NCBI GenBank assembly: GCA_035279665.1
Contig: DATEHI010000152.1
Span: forward strand, 69,835 to 133,834
DNA: 64,000 nt
Direction of reading: 5' to 3'
Origin: Candidatus Dormiibacterota bacterium
Lineage (GTDB): Bacteria; Chloroflexota; Dormibacteria; CF-121
Below are positions 10,434 through 18,838 of the stretch, in pieces. A program made the position numbers and the translations under genes. The notes beneath the pieces are model-generated. The model did not search any database. It was not told the origin of the DNA and saw only the letters and a list, made by a program, of their open reading frames with translations. Position 1 is the first letter of the stretch. Every line of letters starts with the position of its first letter.

Positions 10434-10629
10434 GCTGCCTGCCCGATGTTGAAGACCAGCGCAATTGGTGGAATCAAGTCGTGGACGACTGCGGCGTGGT
10501 CCTTGCCCTTAGGGTTGTTCCTCATACTGGTGCGCTCACCTGAGGCTTGTGGCACTCGCAAGATTCACGGTGCTTTGGCGACATAGGGTGTGTCCGCGCG
10601 CCGTTAGCCTTCGCTGGACTTTTACGCCC

Positions 10630-11097
10630 ATGGCAAGCTGGATCAGGAAACCGCATGGTATTGCAACGCTGGTTGCGATTGCGGTTCTGGCGACCACGGC
10701 CATCGGTGGACTTTATCTTCTTAAGAATGGCGCCACTCCGAAAGCTCGAGATGATATTTCGTGTGGGCAGGTCGTCAACGTGCTGCATTACAATGCTCAG
10801 CCCTCAACGTGTCTCTGGCAGGCTTACACGCGACACCAGTATGCGAGGGCCATCATGGTCAATGTCACCCCCGAGGGTGATCCGGTTACCTACACGGTGA
10901 CCGTAAGCGAGACCGTCGTCCAAGTCACAGTCCAAAGCCACGATAGATTCGCCCCTCAGGGCCTGTTCGTCTACAAATGTAACGGTCTCTCTCAAATGGC
11001 ATCCGTGAACGGCTCGGGACGCATGTATCTCGTGGCCACAAAGTGCAGCGGGCTACAGGGATATGTGGACGATGACGGTAATGTCTTGATCCCGTGA
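10630..11097 (+). CDS. hypothetical membrane-anchored or secreted 4-Cys protein
   Basis: MASWIRKPHGIATLVAIAVLATTAIGGLYLL signal-anchor, then about 125 aa with four Cys. Sits in a visibly AT-richer patch. Confidence 0.55.
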   Translation: MASWIRKPHGIATLVAIAVLATTAIGGLYLLKNGATPKARDDISCGQVVNVLHYNAQPSTCLWQAYTRHQYARAIMVNVTPEGDPVTYTVTVSETVVQVTVQSHDRFAPQGLFVYKCNGLSQMASVNGSGRMYLVATKCSGLQGYVDDDGNVLIP

Positions 11098-11410
11098 GCG
11101 CCACGCAGGGCATGGCGGGCGCAGAATGCGGCGCGGTTCGAACATTGCACTCGCTAAATAAAGTCCCATCTGGCCCTGCCGCGATCTTTTGATGGTGAGT
11201 GACCGCTACGATTGGTCGCCAGCTGCGTCCCGGTGGAAGCCGGCCGGATGCGCTGGCGATGCGCTCGTCGATGACGATCCGTCCCGACTTATCCCGTCGT
11301 AGGCGCGCGGGCAGATTCCTCAGCAGCTTGTCCTGACTCTTCTTGTAGGCGAGGGCGTGCGTGACCCGCTGGGGCCGGAGCGGGCCAACTGACGAGCGGT
11401 AAGATCAAGG

Positions 11411-11426
11411 GACTCGTTTCCCGCTC
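11411..11426 (+). repeat. imperfect direct repeat of the tRNA-Gly 3' end (candidate attR)
   Basis: GACTCGTTTCCCGCTC versus tRNA 8875..8890 GTCTCGTCTCCCGCTC: 14 of 16 identical, same orientation. Confidence 0.4.
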
Positions 11427-11443
11427 CAACACTGCAATCCCCT

Positions 11444-12325
11444 TTGAACGAACGTGATCTCGAGCTGCGCGACGGGCGCCGGCTACATGTTTATGACACT
11501 CGCCCGGATGATGCCGACGCCAGGCTCACCATCTTCTGGCACCACGGCACGCCGAACCTTGGCGAGCCGCCCGAGCCGCTGCTGCCCGCCGCCGCGCAAC
11601 GCGGCATCCGCTGGGTGTCCTATGACCGGCCCGGATACGGCGGGTCAACCGCTCATCCAGGCCGTGATGTGGCGTCGGCTGCCGCCGACGTCACGGCCAT
11701 CGCCGATGCATTGGGCATCGGGCGATTCGCAGTCATGGGTCATTCCGGCGGCGGGGCGCACGCGCTGGCATGCGGCGCACTGCTATCCGAACGCGTCATC
11801 GGCGCGGTCTCCGTCTCCGGACTGGCGCCATACGGTGCGCAAGGGCTCGATTGGTTCGCGGGTATGGCGCCCGCCGGTGCGGCGGAACTACGCGCGGCCG
11901 CAGCCGGACGCACGGCGCTCATGGCCTACCTGACGTCCAGTGAGTTCGATTCGGACCTGTTCACACCGGCAGACCATGCCGCTCTGAAGGGCGCCTGGCA
12001 CTGGCTAGGCGTCATCAGCGGGCGCGCCCTGGAGGGCGGCCTGGGCGGCATGGTCGACGACGACCTGGCGTATGTCGCCCCGTGGGCCTTTGACCCCGCG
12101 CAAGTACGCGTGCCCGCGCTGATCGTGCAGGGGGGTCAGGATCGGATCGCGCCCAGTTCGCACGGCAAATTGCTCGCGGATCGCATTCCCTCGGCAGAAC
12201 TCTGGCTGCGCCCGGAGGACGGACATATCTCCGTCCTCAGCGCCGGCGAGGTGGCCATGGACTGGCTCCTGGCGCATGACAACCCGAGGCCGCCGGCTCG
12301 GTCTGGGAGGTTACCCGTCCCTTAA
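11444..12325 (+). CDS. alpha/beta-fold hydrolase
   Basis: TTG start. HHGTP oxyanion region, GHSGG nucleophile elbow, C-terminal DGH. Confidence 0.8.
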   Translation: MNERDLELRDGRRLHVYDTRPDDADARLTIFWHHGTPNLGEPPEPLLPAAAQRGIRWVSYDRPGYGGSTAHPGRDVASAAADVTAIADALGIGRFAVMGHSGGGAHALACGALLSERVIGAVSVSGLAPYGAQGLDWFAGMAPAGAAELRAAAAGRTALMAYLTSSEFDSDLFTPADHAALKGAWHWLGVISGRALEGGLGGMVDDDLAYVAPWAFDPAQVRVPALIVQGGQDRIAPSSHGKLLADRIPSAELWLRPEDGHISVLSAGEVAMDWLLAHDNPRPPARSGRLPVP

Positions 12326-12327
12326 TC
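12310..12327 (+). promoter_or_regulatory. candidate Pho box (two 11-bp-phased heptamers) upstream of ppk1
   Basis: GTTACCC (12310-12316) and CTTAATC (12321-12327), the same motif class as at 18690 and 19915. Overlaps the hydrolase stop codon. Confidence 0.35.
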
Positions 12328-12492
12328 TGCCCTCCCTATACTTGTCTCGTGGGGGATGCACCGGTCCAATCTCCAGCATCCTCGACTGGTCAGGCCCTTC
12401 CGACATCACTGTCCGGGCAGATTCCATCTGCTCCGCCACCCATAGTCCAAGAAACAGGCATCTTTGAGGAGCAGCCCGGTCGGGCTGCCTCG

Positions 12493-14571
12493 ATGCAGTC
12501 GCCCGCGCAATCGCATTACATCAACCGCGAGCTGTCCCAGCTCGATTTCGACGAGCGGGTGCTTGCCATCGCGGGGGACGAGTCACTCCCCCTGCTCGAG
12601 CGGGTGCGCTTCCTCGCGATCCTGGGTGAGAATGTCGACCAGTTCTTCCAGGTCCGGGTAGCCGGCCTGAAGGAGCAGGTGCATGCCGCCCTGCCGCAGA
12701 CCTCGCCAGACGGCATGACCACCGGCGAGCAGCTGCGCGCGATCCACCAGCGAGCCGGGAGCCTGCTGGAGCGTAGCACCAATCTCTTCATGCACCGGGT
12801 GGCGCCCGCCCTCGACCAGCATGGCGTCTCCATCGCCACGGTGACGGAGCTGGACCAGGCCGATCGCGATTTCCTCGCCGCCGAATTTCACGCCCGCATC
12901 TTCCCCGTGCTGACGCCGCTGGCGGTTGATCCGGCACATCCCTTCCCCTACATCTCGCACCTCTCCCTCAACCTGGCGGTGATGGTCCGTGACCCGGTGC
13001 GTCACCAGATGCGCTTCGCCCGCGTCAAGGTCCCACCACTGCTGCCTCGCTTCATCCCGCTGCCCGATGGCGCGCGTTTCGTCCCGCTCGAGCAGGTGAT
13101 TGCCGCGCACCTGGACGTGCTCTTCCCGGGAATGGAGATCGTGAGCCAGCACCCGTTTCGCGTCACACGCGACGCGGACCTCGACCTCGTCGACGAAGAG
13201 GCCGCCGACCTGCTGGCAGCCATCCAGAGCGAGTTACGCCGTCAGCAGCGCCGAGCGCAGGTGGTACGACTCGAGGTCGACGCGGCGATGTCCGGCGAAG
13301 TCCTCGATCTCCTCGTCCGCGAGCTCGAGCTGGAGCCGACCGACGTCTACCGCGCCGACGGCCTGCTCGACCTGAGCAGCCTTTGGGCGATTTACGCGCT
13401 GGACCGTCCGGACCTCAAGGACGAGCCCTGGACACCCGTCACACAGCGGCGTCTGCAGGGCCAGGGCGTCGAGCAGGCCGACATCTTCGAAGCCCTCAAG
13501 GGCGGCGACATCCTCGTCCATCATCCCTACGACTCGTTTGCGACCTCGGCTGAGGCCTTCATCGACCAGGCGGCCAAGGATCCCGATGTCCTCGCGATCA
13601 AGCAAACGCTCTACCGGACTTCCGGTCCGGTGAGCCCCATCGTCCGCGCGCTGATCCGGGCGGCCGAGAGCGGTAAGCAGGTCGTGGCGCTGGTCGAGCT
13701 CAAGGCGCGCGGCGACGAACAGGCGAACATCGCCTGGGCCCAGGCGCTGGAGCAGGTTGGCGTGCACGTCGTTTACGGCGTTGTCGGGCTCAAGACCCAC
13801 GCTAAGGTCGCGCTGGTCGTCCGCCGAGAAGCGGACCAGATCCGGCGTTACGTCCACGTTGGCACCGGCAACTACAACCCCAAGACCGCGCAGATCTACG
13901 AAGACGTGGGCCTGCTTTCGGCGGATCCCGAGCTGGGGGCCGATGTCTCGGAGCTGTTCAACTTCCTGACGGGCTACAGCCGCCAGCGGCGGTTCGGACG
14001 GTTGCTCGTCGCACCGGTCGGACTGCGCTCGAACATCATTCGCTTCATCCGTCGAGAAGGGGACCGGCACGGCGGCGGTCGCATCGTTCTCAAGGTCAAC
14101 AGCCTGGTCGATCCGGAGATCGTCGAAGCGCTCTATGCCGCATCACAATCCGGCACGGAGATCGACCTAATCGTCCGCGGTCTCTGCAGCCTGCGTCCCG
14201 GCGTGCCCGGTCTTTCCGAGCGAATCCGTGTCCGCTCACTGGTGGGGCGATTCCTCGAACACTCGCGGATCTTTCGGTTCGGTCCCGACGGGGACGCGGC
14301 CGAGTTCTACCTCGGTTCGTCAGACCTGATGCCGCGGAACCTCGATCGGCGGGTGGAGGCGATGGTGCCTGTCCTCGATCCGGCGTTGCAGGATCGGCTC
14401 GCCCAGATCCTCGATGTCGAGCTCGAGGACGATGTGCTCGCCTGGAGACTCCACGCCGACGGTTCCTGGTCGAAGCACCCGACCGACAGAGGCGTCAATG
14501 CCCAGCAGGTCTTCGAGCAGCTGGCCGAAGCACGCGCGGCCTCGACCAACGGATCCGCGTCGGATGCTTGA
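12493..14571 (+). CDS. ppk1: polyphosphate kinase 1
   Basis: YINRELSQLDFDERVL...LERVRFLAILGENVDQFFQVRVAGLKEQ N-terminal signature plus two PLD-like C-terminal domains. About 693 aa from ATG 12493; the ORF opens at 12349. Confidence 0.9.
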   Translation: MQSPAQSHYINRELSQLDFDERVLAIAGDESLPLLERVRFLAILGENVDQFFQVRVAGLKEQVHAALPQTSPDGMTTGEQLRAIHQRAGSLLERSTNLFMHRVAPALDQHGVSIATVTELDQADRDFLAAEFHARIFPVLTPLAVDPAHPFPYISHLSLNLAVMVRDPVRHQMRFARVKVPPLLPRFIPLPDGARFVPLEQVIAAHLDVLFPGMEIVSQHPFRVTRDADLDLVDEEAADLLAAIQSELRRQQRRAQVVRLEVDAAMSGEVLDLLVRELELEPTDVYRADGLLDLSSLWAIYALDRPDLKDEPWTPVTQRRLQGQGVEQADIFEALKGGDILVHHPYDSFATSAEAFIDQAAKDPDVLAIKQTLYRTSGPVSPIVRALIRAAESGKQVVALVELKARGDEQANIAWAQALEQVGVHVVYGVVGLKTHAKVALVVRREADQIRRYVHVGTGNYNPKTAQIYEDVGLLSADPELGADVSELFNFLTGYSRQRRFGRLLVAPVGLRSNIIRFIRREGDRHGGGRIVLKVNSLVDPEIVEALYAASQSGTEIDLIVRGLCSLRPGVPGLSERIRVRSLVGRFLEHSRIFRFGPDGDAAEFYLGSSDLMPRNLDRRVEAMVPVLDPALQDRLAQILDVELEDDVLAWRLHADGSWSKHPTDRGVNAQQVFEQLAEARAASTNGSASDA

Positions 14572-16042
14572 GCGCGAGGTCAAGCTCGCGGTACCGCCGG
14601 CCTTTGCGCTTCCGGACCTCGAGGACCTCGCCGCCGCCGTAGAGACAAGTCCGATCGATGAGCGACGCCTGGAAACCGTCTACTACGACACGCCGGACCT
14701 CCGGCTGGCCCGCTGGGGCGCAAATCTGCGGATCCGGCAGGGCGAGGGCTGGACGCTGAAGCTGCCGTCGACGCGCGAGGGGCCCGCCCTTACCCGCCGG
14801 GAGCTCGAGTTTCCCGGCGATGCCAGCCGGCCGCCTGAGGCCGCCGTCGCGCTCGTCATCGCCTACGTACGGCGCGCGACCCTCGTGCCTGTGGCCAGCC
14901 TCTCGACGCTGCGCCGGCGCGTGCAGCTCAAGAATCGCGAGGGGACCTTGCTGGCCGAGGTGGTCGATGACGACGTCTCGGTCATCCAGGGCCTGCGCGT
15001 GCAGAGCCGCTTCCGCGAGGTGGAAGTCGAGCTGAAAGACCAGTCGGGCGAGCGGCTGCTCGACCCGATCCTGGCCCGCCTGCGCGGTGCCGGCGCGGCC
15101 GACGAAGACCAGGCCTCCAAGCTGGTGCGGGCGCTTGGGGCGCGCGCCACCGCCGTTCCGGAAGTGGACCCGCTGGCGCTGACATCGGCGTCGACTGCCG
15201 GGGAGCTGGTACGCCACAGCATCGCGGTATCGGTCGCGAGCCTGATGCGCCATGACCCGGGCGTGCGCCTGGGAGATGACCTGGAGGACGTCCACCGAGC
15301 GCGCGTCGCCACTCGACGGTTGCGTTCGCAGCTGCGCACCTTCCGCTCTCTGCTCGACACCGAATGGGCCAACGCGCTGCGCGAAGACCTTCGCTGGCTT
15401 GGTGGTGGCCTTGGCAGCGTGCGCGACCGGCAGGTCATGGCTCAACGGGTTCGCACCCGAACAATCTCGCTCGCTGAGGACGACGCCCCGACGGTGGCCG
15501 ACCTCGCGGCCGAGCTCCAGGCGGAGAGCGAGGAGGCACGCGCCCGCTTGGTGCTCGACATGCGGTCCGACCGCTACATCGACCTGATCGAGCGGCTGGT
15601 CGAGGCCTCCCGCGCACCGGCCCTGACCCCCGAGGCGCAGCAAGGCGCCGCGGTTGTGATCCCGGCGTTGGCCCGGCGCGACTGGAAGCAGTTGCAAAAA
15701 GGCGTCGCCGCACTCGCCGATCAACCGGCCGATGCCGAGTTGCATCGCATTCGCATCCTGGCGAAACGGTTGCGCTATGGGGCGGAAGGCGCGGAACCGA
15801 TCGTCGGGAAGATGGCCACTCGTACCGCCGAGGCCGCGGCTGCGCTCCAGGATGTGCTCGGCGACCACCAGGACAGCGTGACCCTGCAGCAATGGTTGCG
15901 CGAGGCAGGCAGGGGCTCGCGGGCCTTTGTGGCGGGTGAGCTCACGGCATTGGAGCGCGAGACCGCGGCACACGACCGCGCCGCGTGGCACAATGTCTGG
16001 AAAAAGCTTGACCGCAAGCGGCTCAGAAGGTGGATGATATAG
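14564..16042 (+). CDS. CYTH (triphosphate tunnel metalloenzyme) + CHAD domain protein
   Basis: MLEREVKLAV (ExExK) N-terminal CYTH, then a helical CHAD with HRARVATRRLRSQLR and HRIRILAKRLRYG. Overlaps the ppk1 stop by 8 nt. Confidence 0.8.
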   Translation: MLEREVKLAVPPAFALPDLEDLAAAVETSPIDERRLETVYYDTPDLRLARWGANLRIRQGEGWTLKLPSTREGPALTRRELEFPGDASRPPEAAVALVIAYVRRATLVPVASLSTLRRRVQLKNREGTLLAEVVDDDVSVIQGLRVQSRFREVEVELKDQSGERLLDPILARLRGAGAADEDQASKLVRALGARATAVPEVDPLALTSASTAGELVRHSIAVSVASLMRHDPGVRLGDDLEDVHRARVATRRLRSQLRTFRSLLDTEWANALREDLRWLGGGLGSVRDRQVMAQRVRTRTISLAEDDAPTVADLAAELQAESEEARARLVLDMRSDRYIDLIERLVEASRAPALTPEAQQGAAVVIPALARRDWKQLQKGVAALADQPADAELHRIRILAKRLRYGAEGAEPIVGKMATRTAEAAAALQDVLGDHQDSVTLQQWLREAGRGSRAFVAGELTALERETAAHDRAAWHNVWKKLDRKRLRRWMI

Positions 16043-16098
16043 ACAGAGCCGCGTCGACTAAGCCATCGTCGCAGCAACACATTGCACAAGGGGTGTCC

Positions 16099-16533
16099 AT
16101 GGCGGCAAAGATCTTGAGTGTCGATGAGGCCAAGCTGGTCAGGGCTGCGGGAGGCGTGATTCGCCGGAACGGGTCGCGGGGCGCGATGCGGGTCGCCATC
16201 GTCCATCGCCCCGGTTATGACGATTGGTCGTTCCCCAAGGGTAAGGTCGATCGCGGCGAGACGCTTGAGGAGACTGCCCTGCGCGAAGTCGAGGAAGAGA
16301 CGGGCCTTCGGTGCAAGCTCGTGGCGCCGCTCGGCTGTACCGCGTACGCCGACCACAAGGGCCGCGACAAAGTCGCCTGCTACTGGCTGATGGAGGTGGT
16401 CGGCGGTCGCCTTCGAACCGGAACCGAGGTCGACGAAGTCCGTTGGGTCACGGTGGACGAGGCGGTCGGCCTGCTCAGCTACCGCCGTGATCGAGCCCTC
16501 TTGCGCGCTCTCGACCTCGAAGCGACCGGTTAG
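16099..16533 (+). CDS. NUDIX hydrolase (MutT1 N-domain-like)
   Basis: Nudix box GKVDRGETLEETALREVEEETGL. Confidence 0.85.
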   Translation: MAAKILSVDEAKLVRAAGGVIRRNGSRGAMRVAIVHRPGYDDWSFPKGKVDRGETLEETALREVEEETGLRCKLVAPLGCTAYADHKGRDKVACYWLMEVVGGRLRTGTEVDEVRWVTVDEAVGLLSYRRDRALLRALDLEATG

Positions 16534-16545
16534 AACCCCACCACA

Positions 16546-17004
16546 GTGGCGGTCTACGTCGTTCGCCATGCCAAGGCGGGCGACCGATTGGAGTGGAGCG
16601 GCGATGACCGACTGCGACCCCTGACGAAGTCGGGCAAACAGCAGGCGGAAGCCCTGGCCAAGAGGTTCGAGGGTATACCGATCGACAGGATTCTCTCGAG
16701 TGGCTACGTCCGCTGCATGGAGACGCTGGACCCCCTCGCTCGCCGTCGCAAGCTGCCGGTCGAGGCGGGCAAGGAACTGGAGGAGGGAGCCGGCGCGGAG
16801 GGTGTGTTACGGATCGTGGAGAAGTCCCGCGGGCGTCATCTCGTCCTTTGCACCCACGGCGACGTTGTCGAGGAGCTACTCGAGCGCCTCATCGCGCAAG
16901 GGCTGGTTCAGCGAGCGCGCGCGAACATGGAAAAGGCGTCGACCTGGGTGCTCGACGAGAAGGACGGCAAGATCACTGGTGCGCGCTACCTCGCTGCGCC
17001 GTGA
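16546..17004 (+). CDS. histidine phosphatase family protein (SixA-like)
   Basis: GTG start. VVRHAKAG (RHG motif) and CTHGDV second His. Confidence 0.8.
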   Translation: MAVYVVRHAKAGDRLEWSGDDRLRPLTKSGKQQAEALAKRFEGIPIDRILSSGYVRCMETLDPLARRRKLPVEAGKELEEGAGAEGVLRIVEKSRGRHLVLCTHGDVVEELLERLIAQGLVQRARANMEKASTWVLDEKDGKITGARYLAAP

Positions 17005-17014
17005 TCGCCACGGG

Positions 17015-18022
17015 CTATCCGCGCAGCCCGGCGGTGTTGAGGATCGCGTAGACCACCCAGGCGATCAGGCCAGCCGCCGGGATTGTCAGCACCCAGGCAA
17101 GCACGATGTTGGCCCCCACGCCCCATCGCAAGGCCGAAAGTCGCTGCGAGGCCCCCGCCCCCATGACAGAGCCCGTCACGACGTGTGTGGTAGATACGGG
17201 AAGCCCAAATTGGGTAGCGAACTGGATGACGGCGGCCCCGGTCAACTGAGCCGCAAAGCCGGTCGCGGGATCGAGCTTGTAGATGCGCCAGCCGAGAGTC
17301 TTGATGATCCGCCACCCACCCGCGTAGGTGCCGAACGCGATCGCCGACGCCGACAGGAGAACGACCCAAACCGGGACCTGGAATTTCTGCAGGTGACCGC
17401 TGGCGACCAATGCGAGCGTGATCACGGCCATTGTCTTCTGGGCATCGTTGGCCCCATGCGAATACGAAACTAATGCGGCGGTGAGTATCTGAAGGTTGCG
17501 AAAGGTGCGGTTCAATGGGACCGGCCGGGCGCGGTGCACCAGCACGAGCAAGACTGTCATGACGACCGCGGCCAGGATAAAGCCTGCCGGCGGCGAGATC
17601 ACCAGGGAGAGCACCGTCTTCCAGAACTCGGAGGCCCGGACTCCGCCGAGACCGTGCACGGCGGCAATCGCCGCCCCGCCCAGCGCCCCCACCAGCGCGT
17701 GGGTCGAGCTGCTCGGGAGCCCCAGATACCAGGTAATGAGGTTCCAGATGATCGCACCGAGGAGGGCCGCGATGATGACGACGAGGCCGGCCTTGAAGGC
17801 CACGATCTTGGCGATCGTGTTGGACACCTTGGCCTGAAAAAAGACGACCGTGATTACAGCGCCGGCCAGGTTGAGGACCGCCGATATCAGTACTGCCAAC
17901 CGGGGCGACACCGCGCGCGTCGATACTGAGGTCGCAATCGCGTTCGCCGTATCGTGAAAGCCGTTCGTGAAGTCGAAGCCGAGGGCAATCAGGATCGTGA
18001 CGAGCAGCAGGGCCTCAGGCAT
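17015..18022 (-). CDS. pit: inorganic phosphate transporter, PiT family
   Basis: GFDFTNGFHDTANAIATSV and YSHGANDAQK PiT signatures. Met at 18022 overlaps the upstream stop by 8 nt. Confidence 0.9.
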   Translation of the reverse strand: MPEALLLVTILIALGFDFTNGFHDTANAIATSVSTRAVSPRLAVLISAVLNLAGAVITVVFFQAKVSNTIAKIVAFKAGLVVIIAALLGAIIWNLITWYLGLPSSSTHALVGALGGAAIAAVHGLGGVRASEFWKTVLSLVISPPAGFILAAVVMTVLLVLVHRARPVPLNRTFRNLQILTAALVSYSHGANDAQKTMAVITLALVASGHLQKFQVPVWVVLLSASAIAFGTYAGGWRIIKTLGWRIYKLDPATGFAAQLTGAAVIQFATQFGLPVSTTHVVTGSVMGAGASQRLSALRWGVGANIVLAWVLTIPAAGLIAWVVYAILNTAGLRG

Positions 18023-18623
18023 TCTTGATCGAGGTCGCTTCGAGGACATTGGCCACGTGTTCGCACTGGTCCATCGTGGTCTCGAGGAGGTCGTAGAGAT
18101 CCTTCCATTTGACGAGGTCGGTGGGGCTTGCGCCGTCCGTGAAGAGTTGGGCGAGCGCCTCCCGGGTGATGCGGTCACCCTCGTTCTCGAGGGTATGGAT
18201 GGCGAGTCGATGCGGCCCCAAATTCTTGAAGCCCTCGAGGCCAGTCACCGCCTGCTCCAGCTCTTTTCCCGCCTTGGCCAGCACCTCGCCCATTCGGCGG
18301 GCGGACGGGGTGATCTCCTTCACCCGGTAGAGGTCGATCTTGTCTGAGATCTCCTCGGCGAGGTCGACGACCTCGTCCAACGATGACGCGAGCGAGTAGA
18401 TATCTTCGCGTTCGAACGGCGTTACGAACGTCTGGTTAATCAGGTTATAGATCTCGTGGGTCACGTCATCGCATTCGTGTTCGAGCTCGCGTAGGCGCGG
18501 GTGCCTGGTCTGACCCTCCAGCAAACCGTTGCGAAGCTGCTCCAGAGACTCATTGACAAGCTCTCCCTGTTTTTTAAACAGGGCGTAAAACCGCCGCTCC
18601 TGGGGTACCAGGCTCAACCTCAT
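18015..18623 (-). CDS. DUF47 / PhoU-like phosphate transport regulator (Pit accessory)
   Basis: MRLSLVPQERRFYALFKKQGELV... GGAGG lies 8 nt upstream of ATG 18623. Canonical partner of pit. Confidence 0.8.
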   Translation of the reverse strand: MRLSLVPQERRFYALFKKQGELVNESLEQLRNGLLEGQTRHPRLRELEHECDDVTHEIYNLINQTFVTPFEREDIYSLASSLDEVVDLAEEISDKIDLYRVKEITPSARRMGEVLAKAGKELEQAVTGLEGFKNLGPHRLAIHTLENEGDRITREALAQLFTDGASPTDLVKWKDLYDLLETTMDQCEHVANVLEATSIKNA

Positions 18624-18689
18624 GACCGCACCTCCGGTACTGTGGACGCCCCCTGACAACCTTAAAGGACAGACCCACGACCCCCGATC

Positions 18690-18718
18690 GTTAACCTTCC
18701 GCGTGCCGAACGTTTACC
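18690..18718 (+). promoter_or_regulatory. candidate Pho box (11-bp-phased repeat units) in the pit-operon / phoR divergent region
   Basis: GTTAACCTTCC | GCGTGCCGAAC | GTTTACC. The outer heptamers are 22 bp apart and lie 67-100 bp upstream of the DUF47 start. Confidence 0.4.
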
Positions 18719-18838
18719 TTTGCGGCGCAGGCTGTAGGGACCGCTAACGTAGTCCCACCGCCGCTCCGAGGCTCTCCCCCTGCCGGAGCGGCTTTTGCTT
18801 GTCGAGCGCGGTTCGATCGTCTGCTAGATTCGGCCGGA

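Noticed and set aside
10925-11113. 62-aa minus-strand ORF.
   Set aside because: It lies antisense to the 3' end of the 10630..11097 gene and has Arg/Cys/His-rich composition. It is only the tail of a chance open frame; see the islet-edge finding.
12349-12492. 48-codon N-terminal extension of ppk1.
   Set aside because: It is Pro/Ser-rich and not part of the conserved PPK1 N-domain. Met at 12493 gives a canonical-length protein. The extension is not excluded, only disfavoured.
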